Source of the DNA: the human T2T-CHM13v2.0 reference genome, Homo sapiens
NCBI RefSeq assembly: GCF_009914755.1
Contig: NC_060932.1
DNA: 64,000 nucleotides
Direction: 5' to 3' (one strand)
Made by a program: the position numbers and the translations under genes. The notes under the pieces were generated by a model. The model ran no database searches, was not told the origin of the DNA, and saw only the letters and a program-made list of their open reading frames with translations. Positions 12,917 to 27,297 of the stretch are shown here, in pieces. Within the stretch, counting starts at the first letter, position 1. Each line of letters starts with the position of its first letter.

Positions 12917-15900
12917 TATTCTTTCTTGATTAATTGACTTATGCCTTTTTAAACAAGGACTTGTTGATTATACTGTATGCAAAACAATTTGCACACATGA
13001 AATCTCATCTAATGCCTAACATGACCTGGAAATCCCATACTTTACTAATAAAAAGCAGAAACTCAAAGTAGTTACGGGGCAAACATCAAATCACAGAGCG
13101 TCAAGTGGTTAAGAGGAAATCAGAGCCAGTTTTCTAACTTTGTCCATTATTTTTTTCGGTACACCACCCCATTTAAAATGTGGAAAATTCACTAGTGCTC
13201 TGTTCTCACTGGCCTCATGTAACTTTTAATTTCAAACCATTTCTGGATGCCTATGCTTCCTTCTGGTGCTTAATGAACTTGAAATGTCATCTAATGAGAG
13301 TGTTGTTAACCTCTGGCCCCAGGCTCTGATGACTCTTTCCAACCTCTTATTTTCCTTCCCCTTTAGAAATTATTATTCTATTATTACAGGATGTCTGGAA
13401 AATAAGAAAGAAGTCCAACTCCCACACATTACCATTCCTCAACCCTGGTTTTCCTTTCTTTTTTTTTTCCTTCGCTTTTCCTTCCATTCATTTCACAAAC
13501 ATTTATTGACAAATAAGTGTTGATAATTCCTGGCAAGCTAGGTATTTTGCTAATTGCTGGGAATAAAAGAAACACTAATTGAGTATCTAAACCTGCTGTT
13601 TGATCTTCCTACTTCTTTTCTATCTCATTTCCATTAACAGGGCTGATTTTCTCTTTGAATTATTTGAATTGCATTGCTAAAACACTTTGTTATTTCAAGC
13701 TAATACAGAAACAACCTTTTCACACATGCAATTGTCTTTTCCACCCATTTATCTCAATTAATGAGCAAGTTCATATGCATGCTGTTTACATTATCTTTCA
13801 CCTTTTTTTTTTGGCATTTGAGTCACTGTTTAATCTTTTAAAGTTCATTTATATACTCTAATCCACTGAATCAAAATTAACAATCTTTTTTAACTGGGCC
13901 TCAAGGTCCTAGTTTATTCATTATTATTCTGTTTAACTTTCTTAAAAATTAGCCCATTTATTTATCAAAACTCTGTAAACTATCAGTTGAAAGCCAAAAC
14001 AGAACCATAGAAGTAAACACTGTATTTCTCTATCACACCAAAGTCAATCAAGAGTCATTCTTCTCTGTAACTCTGTTTGGTCTATGTTGTTTATGCAAGG
14101 GGCTTATCTTTCGTGTGGGGAAAGCAGGCCCAATATTCACACTACTTCCCTCAAATTTGAAAGTTTTCAGTGTTCCCTTGTCCTCTTCCAATTCTCATGT
14201 GCAATTCTTGACATGTCTCTATTTTGATAATAAAATCCCTGATCTAGATCTTGGTCATTTGGAACTTTGCCATACTGTAATAGTTTTTAAAGAGTGATTC
14301 TCATTTTATAACACTGACATCACTCATTTTTCAAGAGGAAACAAAAAACAAACAAAAGACAAATTTCAAATGATCAATTTTTGACCTATTTTAAGCCTGT
14401 AAGATCTAAAACTCTATGAATAAGATTAAACCATCCCATAAGTATTTGTAGTGAGTTATATGGTATGGGTAGGTATAGACAGAGAGAGAAAAAATTCTTT
14501 TTTTTAAATTATAATGTCCTTATGAAGAAAATGAAGTGATGTGCTATCTTTTACTAGGCCTTCTAGGAATCAGGCAGTCAGCTATAAGGGCCACCACTTT
14601 ACTGCACTTATTTCTCATTCCAATAATGTAGAGTGTGGTGACATTGAAAGGAAGTGTTGAATAGTGTCTCTTTTAAGTAGTAATAACATCAGGAAACTCA
14701 ATCTGGTCATGAAAATGGAAAAAAAAAGTATCGTGACACATTCTCTCTAAGGAAATGGCAGCTATTAGAAATGGAATGTGTTACATTTATGAGAAAGGGT
14801 CTTGTCTGAGAAGGTATACTGCTTCAGCACACACAGCAACAAATATTGTCATATATGAAGTATGATGCAGATGAAATAGCCCACGCTCCCATTTTATACC
14901 ACGTTGTTCAGACATTTATTTATATACTGTAAAAATTCTGCATTCTACAATTAAATGACTTTGTAGAAGGCTTAGAGCAGACATACAAATCAATTAAGGG
15001 ATTGCAAACATGCTGGAGAAATGTAAACATATTTTTTATATGTCAACTTAGGCTTTTTATATATTTAGTGAAAAGACCCACATAGAACTTGAAATAAGCT
15101 ACAGCAACAATGATTTAGGCTAGATAGAAGAAAGGATGCCTGGGGGTGGTGCTGTAAAATTGCCTCTGAAAGTCATTGGTTGGGACAGTTTCATTATGAT
15201 CATTTGAGTACAAGGATATAAATTAGAAAAGCTGTTTTCTAGCCCTATTTTTAAAGAAACATCAGATTAAAATTAATATAATTATTAGCATATGGATTGA
15301 TTTTCTTGACATAAACATCAAATATAATAAAATAGTCATAAAGCAAGTTACTACTGTAAAGTGTTTATTGAAGGCATACTGATTTGATTTTTTTTTAAAG
15401 TTAGGATTTTTTTCCCCACATAATTAACATTGGTGACAGTTTTACCTTTTTTTTTTTTTTTTAAATTAGAGGAACTGCAAATTTCTGTCTGCAAAGCACC
15501 CTTCTACTGGACATGTTCATACTTCATTATGCATAATTATTATGGGAGGGCAGGATGATGGGATAAAAAGGTATCTGAATTATGAATCAGGGCACTGTGG
15601 TTCTGCTGTCCTCTCTTCTATTAGCTAGAGGTGTGACCTTGGACAGGTCACTTTTAAATCCCATTTCTCAGCTTCTTGTAGACAACCTCAAGCCATTGTT
15701 AGAGGAGACCATCTCTTATGTTCTTTCCTTCTCTGAAATTCCATTTGGAGATTTTAATTAAATCATAATTTAGATAAGTCAGTATTTTATCTTCCACATA
15801 TATAAAAAGTAGATTCTTTTTCTCATATTTAAGAAGTTTTAACACAAATTGTCAGTGAATAGTTAAAATTTATCAATATAAGTTATTCTAGCATAAAATT

Positions 15901-17078
15901 TGAGAATAGCTAATATAGCAGATGGTCACCTTGTACTATATAAAAACTTATAATGAAAACAGTTACTTCATTTCTTATGATCCAACTGTCAAAATAGCTC
16001 TCCATCTTTCACTTAGTATATTTTGTATTCATCTAATAGATTTGAAAATGTACATGAATATTTCTTCCCTTTATGTACCATTTTATTTCTATAAAATGAT
16101 GAATTTTATTATAAATATTCAGAAATATAACAGTATCTTATGCATTATAAGTCCACACTTTTTCGGTCATTACTAAACTTCTTTTCTAATATATTGTACA
16201 TTTAAACATTTAAGATTACCTTGAAGAGACTACAGTCAGGTGGAAATGTAATTTTACGATTACATAAGTAAGGACACAAACAGTTTCCATATGACTGGAG
16301 TGATTTCTGGCTGCCTTAAAAGAGTTATAATGAGTGTCAGTGTCATTGAGATTGACTTCAGTTATTCAAAATATTACACAAAATGTGACCGGAGCAAGCA
16401 GTGAATCCAGGAAAATTAATATAAACTAAATTCGATTCCGACATTTAAATTTCCAAAACTCAGATTAAATACTATTTAGGACAGAAATAATTCCTGAAAT
16501 TTCACGTGTTTACTTTTTTTTTTTAAATGAACCTTTTAAGCTGTACAGGAGAAGCTTGACATATGATTGAAACTGGCTTGGGTAAAATAATAAGAAATTC
16601 AATCTTCGTAGTTTTAAATGAGACACAAAATACTCTTTGGAGACTGATTATTAAGCACAAGTCACTCGGGTGCTTTCTACTCTCCCTGTTGGCAAAGGAA
16701 GGTAGGGGAGGAATTCATTTACACCTCACACTGATGTGTGAGAAAATGTATTTGTTTCACGTTATGCCAAGAAATAGGAAAACTGATCCGACAGCTCAAT
16801 TAATAAATAAGTTAAACGTAAAAAGGGATAAAAATAAAATCTTACTTTATGGAGGAAAAGAGTTAAATCTATATGGAGCCTGTTTTAGAACTGACAGTTT
16901 GCTAAAACGAATTGACTCAGAATTTTCTACTTATCAAACATTTTCCACTTCTGATTTTATGGCTTTGCTCTAAAACCTAGGAAGTCACCAACTCCGTGCA
17001 AGATGCTAACATTTATCTCAATCTTTCTGCCTCTTCAAAGACCGCCTCAAAGCATAAAGATAGTCCATAGCGTCTTAC

Positions 17079-17350
17079 CTAGACAACGAGGAGCTGAAAC
17101 GCCAAGGCATGACACTGCTCAACACTCAGGCTAGGAAAGAAGTCCGTCCCCGTTAGTTTCTCCAAAATCTAAGTTCCCATTTCGTGGTTGAGATCATGGC
17201 TCTATTCTGAGCAGTTTCACGCAGTGTGTGAGTCTAACAAAAACACCCTCTGCAGCTGGAGGGAGCCTTAGCTAAGGCAGGATCCTGTCAAGGCATTCCT
17301 AGTGACTTCTGTCTACTAAATTCAGACTGAGGTTTTGCAAAAGGGGCCTC
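17079..17350 (-). other. DLC1: DLC1 long isoform non-coding first exon (TSS boundary approximate)
   Basis: Strong donor CTAG|GTAAGA at 17079/17078 in a repeat-free, locally CpG-richer block. The 14.4 kb intron to the 2672 acceptor agrees with my recollection of the gene structure. The TSS cannot be fixed from sequence. Confidence 0.75.
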
Positions 17351-17620
17351 CACAACCAGGCCCAGATTGCCTGGAAAGTATTTCCTGCCTCTGAGGAGTG
17401 TGCATGCTAGAAAGGCTGTACGAAGAGAGGGGAGGAGGGGAGAGCCCAGCCGCCTGGGCGTTTTAGGAGTTCTGATTTTACACAGAACTCAAGTGAGTTT
17501 TGTCAAAGCTCTTGAGGTGATTAGCTGTAGAGTCATAAAGTCCTAGAGCTTTTTCTATCCCACACTGCTTATGAAAAAAGAAAGAAAGAAAGAAAGAAAA
17601 CGTAGTTTTCTCTCTATCCA
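17350..17620 (-). promoter_or_regulatory. Putative proximal promoter of DLC1 long isoform (no CpG island)
   Basis: Immediately upstream of the first exon; purine-rich/GC patch GAGAGGGGAGGAGGGGAGAGCCCAGCCGCCTGGGCG near 17425-17460; (GAAA)n near 17575-17600; no transposon remnants recognised. Confidence 0.5.
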
Positions 17621-18033
17621 CAACCTTTCCACTATATTAAATGTATATGCACAGCTTAATCAAAATGCCTGTGCTTGCTCTCATTTCAAAAGATCTTTTA
17701 AGAGAGCAAGATGAATTTAGCCTTAATACCATAATTCTTCTAAATGGCAAAACCTTTTTTGAACATGACTTAAAATTGGAAATGCTGCAGCTTTTCATTC
17801 TGTCCCTGAGACCATCTGTAAGTAAAATCCCAAGCATCCAGTTAATAGAACGATTTCTTCCAGATCTCTCTGATCACAAGAATCCTTCACAGAATTAAAA
17901 TAGTTTGTGTTATGGCAAATGCAGCAGCGCATTACCTCTAGTCAGAATCCTCCAGTTACAAAAATCCAGTGCTGGAGCAGAAGACAGGCTCCATCTTGAT
18001 CGTATTAGAGTCTTGCTGACATTAAACACTTAC

Positions 18034-18135
18034 AACTGCTTCCATCTAGCATGGCAGCGTTCCTGAATCACATCTCTAAAGCCGCTCATGGTATCTGCAT
18101 CCTTCGTCCGTCACAAATTTTGTGAACTATCATCT
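18034..18135 (-). other. DLC1: Possible alternative non-coding first exon of DLC1
   Basis: Consensus donor GTT|GTAAGT at 18034/18033 in unique, CpG-containing sequence about 1 kb upstream of the main first exon. 5' boundary is a guess. Confidence 0.4.
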
Positions 18136-20574
18136 GTTTATCTTTTCTGCTTTCTTGTGCCTCCCTTGAATGACTTCCTCCTAGCTGCTCCAGGTTGGGA
18201 ATTTGGACTACCATTTGGTTTTGATTAAAACCAGACAGGCAACTCTGGAGAATTTAGGGAATAAGCTAATGGAAACTGCAAGTATGGCTTTAATTAGTGC
18301 ATCAATTAATAATAGATGTTAGCTCGTCTTATAATAAGATATCACAAATACAAACACAGAGGAAGCTGAAGTCGTTTCAGGAAAAAAGTTACACCAATTT
18401 TCCTTCCTTTATGACCCAGAATCCTCTTTAGAGAATGTGGAAGGAAAGAAGAGGGAGGTGGTTTTGGGACATCCAGGCTGTGGAGAGGCCAGTAGAGCAG
18501 CTTCATTGTTTATACCAGGGAAGCAGGAAACAGCATCTCTGACTTTAATTATCTTGCTTGGTGGAAATGGCTCAGTCATGTCTCCCTTCTACTTTATTTA
18601 CAATCAATGGATTTCGCTGCTATTTATGACTCAAGCATTTTTTTGGGGGGGGACTGATGATCAGATTAATTATTAGGTCTATCTGCTTCTTGCAAATTTC
18701 TAGAAGCTTTCAATAATAGGAAGTGCAAGAATAATTCCAGTTGGATGTGATAAAATGAGTAACATATAAAGAGGTAAAAGACATCTTAAACTTGTTGGCC
18801 CTAAGATCTATCCTGTTCTTCTCTGAAATTGTAAGTAGTTTTCATTGTTCACTGTTATTCTCCATCCCTGTATATCACAAGGGCTATCTTGTAGTACTTT
18901 TTGATAATATTGGGTAGGTGATAACTCAAAGATGCACAAGGTTCTAACTACTATTTTTTTCCTTATTAGGTAGCTAAAATCTCTCAAAGTTAATGCAAAT
19001 CATGAACCATATTAGACCCATGTTAGATGGCAAGAATGACTTATACTGTGCATGAGTTTGAAGATGAGAAGTAGTCAAATAAAAACGTTTGGTCAGAAGC
19101 AGCTTTAAAAGTTTAGATCAAAGTCTTATTGACTAAAAACATGAGCATTTAGGTTTCTTTAATTTAATCTTCAACCATAGGCCAAGAAAGAAGTCTGTTC
19201 TTCCATAAATTCTTTAAAAAGTATTTATATTTATATTCAAAGTGTTTCTACTGACAGTATGCCTATTTAATCTTTCCAACAATTTTGCGTGTATTCATAT
19301 GTTTTATTTTACAAATAAAGTATTGAGAAGCAATTTTCTCACAGTCAAATGATACAAAGTGCCCAGGTCCACACTGGAACTCAGATATTCTAGCTCCAAG
19401 CTTTGTGCTTTAATTTTTTCTCCATAAACTGCCTTCCTTGACTTCCACTTAATTTCTTTATTAAATTGGGAAGACTTCTTAAACTCTAATAGTTTCTCTT
19501 TAAAAATAGAGACAATTTCACATAACTTATAGATTGGAAAGCAGGATGAAATTTATATGCAGAAATATTTGTGTATTTATGTTTATTTCCCTAAGAAAAA
19601 CACTGGAGAAGAAAGGAATGAGAACTGATATTATGTCTTTCCTAATATAACTTGATATCTCTATCTCTGTCACTGCCTTTAGTACTGATATACAGTGGTT
19701 ACTCAATATTATATCAGCATCATGCTAATTCTTAGCTACATTTTATTCATGAATACTGTACCCCGCGCCATATACTTTAGTTTTGTTTCTATTTCTATTG
19801 GCTTGGGAAAACAAGAAAACTCTGTTCACAAATGCCTTTTAGATATCTAGAAACTCTTGTTAGTAAGTTTCTCATAAACATACCCTTTTCTACACAAAAA
19901 ATACATTATGTTTTCTTCTATTAATAGGATTACTTCCCAAATCTTTAATTACTTATATTTATTTTTCATTGTTGAGTTGCTTGATTCCAAACAAATCTCA
20001 GATCTTATAGTCTTATAAAGGCTTTACCAAATATGAGTGTAAAGATAAATAGTGAGAAAACTTCCTAAGTACTTAGTATTGTGTCAGGAACACTGAAGGA
20101 GTTCAAAATATTTGTCCCCTTCTTTCTACTTGCAAATCTAAATACCAACTTCCTTAAATGTTTGACTGTTACTCTGTACTGGATCAGCTAATCAAATAAG
20201 GGGACAGGGACAGTTAAGAACTTGAAAACAAAGTATCAGGATAGGAGTCTGCTCGAAAACTAACAGCTTTTGTGACCTGTGTGAGTTACCTAACCGGGGT
20301 GAGGATGTCTTAGCTTCCATAACTAAGAATTGTCACAATGCAAAAAGCTAGTCCATATAAAGCCATTAGCTAGAATTATTTTTACCACTTAAATTATTGC
20401 CTTTTTTAATGTTTACATCTCTCTTTCAGGTATTTTTAGAATCTTTCTCTCTCTTCTATTGAACTCCAAGTTAAATGTATACATGTGAAACCGTTATAGT
20501 GGTGGAACAATTATGTACTCTGTGGAAAGAAGAATAGCAGGAGGTGGATTAAATGGTATTTTAAAGATCACCTT

Positions 20575-20891
20575 TCTTTTTTTTGTTTTTGTTTTTGTTT
20601 TTGTTTTTGAGACAGAGTCTGGCTCTGTTGCCCAGGCTGGAGTGCAGTGGTGGTGATCTCGGCTCAAGGCAACCTCCGCCTCCTAGGTTCAAGCAAATCT
20701 CCTGCCTCCATCTCCTGACTAGCTGGGATTACAGATGCACTCCACCACACTTGGCTAATTTCTGTATTTTTAGTAGAGACAGGGTTTCATCGTGTTGGCC
20801 AGGGTGGTCTTAAACTCCTGACCTCAAGTGATCTGCCTGCCTCGGCCTCCCAAAGTGCTGGGTTTAGAGGCGTGAGCCACTGTGCGTGGCC
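20575..20891 (-). mobile_element. AluS (Sx/Sz-like)
   Basis: Full dimer with (TTTTTG)n tail; TAAAGATC flanks both ends. Confidence 0.94.
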
Positions 20892-21464
20892 TAAAGATCT
20901 CTTTTCTACTTAGGTACTTTTACCTAAACAATAAACATTAGCTATGATCATTTATCTAGTCATTCCCCAATCATTTTCAGGAAAGTTGAATCTGGACTTC
21001 TGTACAGAATTATTCAGTGTCTCTCATGCAGTTCAAGAACATTTTATGTAAAGCAAGATCTATCCTTTGAAAATAGTGTTTTACTCTTTTATGAAATAAG
21101 TAGCAACATCATTAATTCAGTCACATTAGACATTTGTGATATTATGCGTGGAAGTCAGCTTTTATGTTTTCCATTTTTGTTAATGAATATGTTTATAATA
21201 GCAATGAACTTGAAATTAATATATAAAGAGAATAAATACCTTGAAAGTATTTTGAAATATCTACATGCATACAGTTAGTGTAATAAATGTTAAGAACACT
21301 TTGTCCATGAAAATTATTCGTCTAAAAATCTCTAAAAATTTGCTTGTAATTTATTGAAGTTACTGTATTGGAAACAATAAAAGTAGAATTTATCAGATTT
21401 TCTAATTTATTTTTTCAGTAAGCTTTACATGTGTTTTCTTTTTTTAAAAATATATTATCAAGAA

Positions 21465-21910
<446 letters not shown>

Positions 21911-22252
21911 CATGTGTTTTCTTTAAATAAGTTCACTTTTGTAGACACATCCAGACCAAGAAAAACCATATAATTTGTAGTTTATATTCAATAAGCATCA
22001 TGCGCATGATTAGTTTTTTGATCAATTTTGTCACAATTTTGACACCCAACTTGGTAACCATATAGTATTTACCTGAAAGCACACATTAAAGGAACACACT
22101 TAAGTTTGGTCTTAAATTATCAAAAGTAGCAAAATCATATAAGCTCTCCAAAACCATTGATTCCTGCTTTTTGGACTACTGATGTTCATTATCCCACTTC
22201 ACTGAAAATTATTACAGTCCAAGAATAGATATGAAAACAAAGTTATCTTGAT

Positions 22253-23125
22253 AAATTTACAAGAAAAAAACAACCCCATCAAATAATGGGCAAAAGATAT
22301 GAACAGACACTTCTCAAAAGAAGACGTTTATGTAGCAACAGACATATGAAGAAAATGCTCATCATCTCTGGTAATTAGAGAAATGCAAATCAAAACCACA
22401 GTGAGATACCATTTCATGCCAGTTAGAATGGCAAACATTAAAACGTCAGGAAACAACAGATGCTGGAGAGGATGTGGAGAAATAGGAACACTTTTACACC
22501 GTTGGTGGGAGTGTGAATTAGTTCAATCATTATGTAAGACAGTGTGGCGATTCCTCAAGGATCTACAACTAGAAGTACCATTTGACCCTGCAATCCCATT
22601 ACTGGGCATATACCCAAAGGATTATAAATCATTCTACGATAAAGACACATGCACACATATGTTTATTGTGGCAATATTCACAATAGAAAAGACTTGGAAC
22701 CAACCCAAATGTCCATCAGTGATAGACTGGATTAAGAAAATGTGGCACATATACACCATGGAATACTATGCAGCCATAAAAGAGGAAGAGTTCATGCCCT
22801 TTGCAGGGACATGGATGAAGCTGGAAACCATCATTCTCAGCAAACTATCACAAGATCAGAAAACCAAATACTGCATGTTCTCACCCGTAAGTGGGAGTTG
22901 AACAGTGGGAACTCACGGACACAGGGAGGGGAACATCACACACTGGAGCCTGTAGGGGGTTGGGGGCTAGGGGAGGGATAACATTAGGAGAAATACCTAA
23001 CGTAGGTGATGGGTTGATGGGTGCAGCAAACCACCATGGCACGTGTATACCTATGTAACAAAACTGCATGTTCTGCAAATGTAACCCAGAACTTAAAGTA
23101 TAATTAAAAAAAGAAAAAAAGAAAC
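22253..23125 (+). mobile_element. L1PA 5'-truncated copy (ORF2 C-terminus + 3' UTR + A tail)
   Basis: ORF 22383-22901 reads [50 protein letters not shown] (L1 ORF2p cysteine-rich C-terminus); ends AACTTAAAGTATAAT(A)n. Confidence 0.96.
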
Positions 23126-23494
23126 TTAGCAAATAAAAAAAATATTGACACAGACAAGAGGGCACGTATGTCTTAGAAGCGAATGAGTCTGCCTGCCTGT
23201 CCTGTAGGGCTAGGGTACCATCAGAAACTCAAAGATTCCCAGCCATGCAAGATTTTGTTTAGAGAGGTCTGTGTGTGCCCTGCCCATAGAGGCTGAGGCT
23301 CTTCCTCTGTCAAAGCTTCCTTTTTATGTGAATACTTAAGCTGACATCACCATGTACCACCCTCCAGTCACCACCCTTGTTACATTACACCATAATATTC
23401 TCTGAAATCCTCAATTCATGGCCAAAAAAAGGGTCCATATATCTTTAGTATGTTCAAGAAATGTTCCCATCTCTTGCCTGATTGCCCAGCCCAT

Positions 23495-23905
23495 GAGTGA
23501 TAGACTGGTTAAAGAAAACGTGGTCCATATACACCATGGAATACTTTGCAGCCATAAAAAGGAACAAGATCATGTCCATTGCAGGGACATGGATGGAGCT
23601 GGAAGCCATAATCCTCAGCAAACTAACACAGAAACAGGAAACCAAACACTGCATGTTCTTACTCATAAAAGGGAGCTGAACAATGAAAGAACATGGACAC
23701 AGGGAGGGGAACATCACCCACTGGGGCCTGTTGGAGGGGCTTGGGGAGGGAGAGCATCAGGGTAAATAGCTAATGCACGTGGGGCTTAATACCTAGGTTA
23801 TGGGTAGATAGGTGTGACAAACCACCGTGGCACACATTTACCTATGTAACAAACCTACACATTCTGCACATGTATCCCAGAACTTAAAATTAAAAAAAAA
23901 AAAAG
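23495..23905 (+). mobile_element. Older L1PA 3' fragment
   Basis: DWLKKTWSIYTMEYFAAIK frame; 3' UTR AGAGCATCAGG..AATAGCTAATGCA..; A tail near 23892-23904. Confidence 0.92.
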
Positions 23906-24812
23906 TTCCCTTGCCATGGTTGGCTTAGAGCCCACAGTCTTCAGCTTCTCTTATAAGTCTTTCAAATGGGGCCACGCATTCTCTCCTACACCCTCTGCTC
24001 CCCTGGGATAGAAGGTGCAACTGCCTGTCTTCAGTCCCCTCAAAATATGTCCAGATTCCTACTCCTCAGTAAAAGCTCTGCTCTGGTTAAATCTCTGCCT
24101 TCTGAGATTCATTCTAACTAGTTCCTCATCCCATACTTCACAATGCAGCACTGTGCAACATTCTCAGCCCACCATTTGGGGGAGTGAAGCAGGTATGAAA
24201 TGTGACAAAGCCTCGTGTCCTTGAAACAATATTTGTTCCAATTTCTGTTAAAGTACAAATATGCCTGTTCTGTCTTTCCCTTTCAAGTGGAACCATTTGA
24301 GAACCTCAGTACACATACCAAGTGAAAATGCTTCATATCCATCCACACATTCAAGTGATATTAACTGTGTATTACTATGTTCATAACACCAGTCTGTGTA
24401 TTGTCAATGCAGTACCCACATTCAACATGTGTCATATCACAGCTGCACCTTTTTCTTCCCAGGTGAGGCCCTCAAATGGTTCCATTTGAAAGGAAAGACG
24501 GAGAAGGGTACATTTGTACTTTAACAGAAATTGGAAGAGATATTTTTTCAAGGTTACGAGCCTTTGTCAGAACTTTATACCTACGACTTCCACCCGCTCC
24601 AAAAGGTGGGAGGAGAATGTTTCCTGGTACTGCGCAGTGGGGTATGGCATCAGGAGCTGCTGAGAATGAATCTCAAAGGGCAGAGATTTAACCAGAAAAG
24701 AGCTTTTACAATGGAGAAGAAATCTGGGATGCCTCGTTAAATACAACCTTACAAACAATGGAACGACTTTGGCCTCATGTAGCTTAAATGGGGGGTACGG
24801 AATTGGTAATCA

Positions 24813-25194
<382 letters not shown>

Positions 25195-25229
25195 CTAGTG
25201 AAAACAGAAAATGCAGAGCATGCTAAGGA

Positions 25230-26130
25230 GGGTGTGGAATGAGGATTGAGGGGCAATCATGTTATATAATTAAATAAGAAACACCAGAGTAAGTCTCACT
25301 GCAAAGGTGGCTTATCAGTAATGACTTAAAAAAAGGTGAGAGAGATGACCATATAGATATCTTGGGTCACAGAGTTCCAGGTAGAATGAACAGATAGTGC
25401 ACAGTCCTAAGGAAGCGTGTGCCTGGCAGTTTCCAGAAATAGCAAGGAATTAATGTGGCTAAAATGGAAGGAGAGAGAGAGGGAGAATATCTCAAGTTGT
25501 TAAGGAAAGAAGGTTAGGTAGTGTCTTGTAAGTAAGCAGTTTCAATTTCATTCAGTGAAAGGTAGAGCCCTGGAAAGATTTTGATCAGAGATGTGGCAAG
25601 ATCTACTTTACATTTTAATAAAATTAGTTGAAAAGAATTTAGAGCCAAAGTAGGGAGACCAGGTCACTGTGGTAATCCAGGTGAGAGATGATGGATAGTG
25701 GCTCATGTGAAGGTAATGAGAAATATCAGATTTGAAGCTGTTGTTGTGGTTCATGCTACCAATTTTTTTTAAGAATTAAATTTGCTATATAAGAAGAAAA
25801 GAAGAGTCAAAAATGCTTTATGAGCAACTGAAAGATGGAGTCATCATCAATTAAAAAAGGAAATCCTAGAGATAAAGCAAGTCTTGTGAGACAGAGTTCA
25901 GAATTTTAGTTTTGGGCATGCTGTGTTTGAGATGTCTATTAGAAATTTCTAGAAGTGTTAAAGAGGCAGTTGGACATATGAATTCAAGTTTGGAAAAGAG
26001 ATCTGGGCTAGACAAATACATTTGGGAATCTCAAACGTATTTGCAATTTAAAGTACAAAATTAGATGAGATTGACGAGAGGGTGTGTAAATAAAATAAGA
26101 AGACAAATACCTAATTGGCTATTAGATTTA
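25230..26130 (-). mobile_element. L2 remnant
   Basis: Purine-rich tract with GTAATCCAGGTGAGAGATGATGG and AGTTTTGGGCATGCTGTGTTTGAGATGTCTATTAGA..AGGCAGTTGG, typical of antisense L2. Boundaries approximate. Confidence 0.65.
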
Positions 26131-26588
26131 AGAAAGCAGAGGTCACTCTTGATATTGAAAGGAACAAGTTCAAAGAATGATATGGAAAAAATTAGCATGG
26201 TTTAGAAGAAAATTGAAAGCCAAGATTGGAGACACAAATAAAGGAGAGAAAATACATGGCATGGTAACTATCTGGGACCGTGAGATGCTTTTATTAGGAT
26301 GGAAGAATAACAGTATATTTGCAAAATTTTGTTCTGTTCTTTTTTTTTTAAATTAATATGGTATGTTCCCAAGGGGGAGGGGAGAAAGTATAGAAATGTT
26401 GAAGAGTGAGGAGAGTATAGAAATGTTGAAGTGCATTATTAAGTAGGAGAGAGGGGATGGGATCTAATGCAAAGGGACTGATTTCAGTTGGGAGTGTGAC
26501 GCATGTGAAAATGTCAGTGGATATTAGATATCATGATTCAGTCACTCAGCTAATCTCAGCTAGCCACCATCACAGTTGTTATCTATTC

Positions 26589-26592
<4 letters not shown>

Positions 26593-26638
<46 letters not shown>

Positions 26639-26906
26639 GAGTCAGAATCTCACTCTGTTGCCCAGGCTGGAGTGCAGTGGTGCTATCTGGGCTCAATGCA
26701 ACCTCCGCCTTCAGGGTTCAAGTAATTCTCCTGCCTCAGCCTCCTGAGTAGCTGGGATTACAGGTACCCACCACCATACCAAGCTAATTTTTGTATTTTT
26801 AGTAGAGATGGGGTTTTGCCATCTTGGCCAGGCTGATCTCCAGCTCCTGACCTCAAGTGATCTACCTGCCTCAGCCTCCCAAAGTGCTGGTATTACAGGC
26901 GTGAGC
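26593..26906 (-). mobile_element. AluS with (TTA)n tail
   Basis: Tail expanded to a (TTA)n microsatellite; TSD TATCTATTCTATT (26580-26592 / 26907-26919). Confidence 0.95.
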
Positions 26907-27297
26907 TATCTATTCTATTAAAACAAATTGTTTTTGTTGTTGCTTTTCGCTATGTATTTTAAAATTTGTACCGTAATAGTCTATTGGTTACATGATATCT
27001 ATGAAACAAAAAATTGTTTTACAATTTGGCACATAGTCATCTGCATGATTTTTCATCTAATACCAGCTCCTGTATTTCTCTCAATGAAACATGATACATC
27101 TGGGTGCAGGAGAACAGTTCCATCTCTTAAAGTTGCAAAGAAAGGCATTGTTTTTGTATACTCTCATTTTCAGGTAGTATATTTCTGTTGTGTTTTTTTT
27201 TCATCTCTGAGCTCTTTTGCCAATTTCTTCTTTTTCATTTTTTCAATTCATCTCTCATTTCTTCCAGACTTCAGTTGCTTTTGGCATTTCTCTTATG

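Noticed and set aside
16563-16973. 136-aa plus-strand ORF near exon 1 (also 47116-47505)
   Set aside because: No recognisable domain or codon signal; length is compatible with chance in 64 kb.
22383-22901. 172-aa ORF as a gene
   Set aside because: It is the C-terminus of L1 ORF2p in a 5'-truncated copy with no promoter, endonuclease or RT domain.
24445-24760. Plus-strand acceptor-like TTTTTCTTCCCAG followed by short ORFs
   Set aside because: No convincing paired donor or homology; cannot support an exon from sequence alone.
26385-26432. Short local duplications (AGTATAGAAATGTTGAAG x2; also 6341-6378 and 32041-32085)
   Set aside because: Ordinary slippage duplications with no sign of function.
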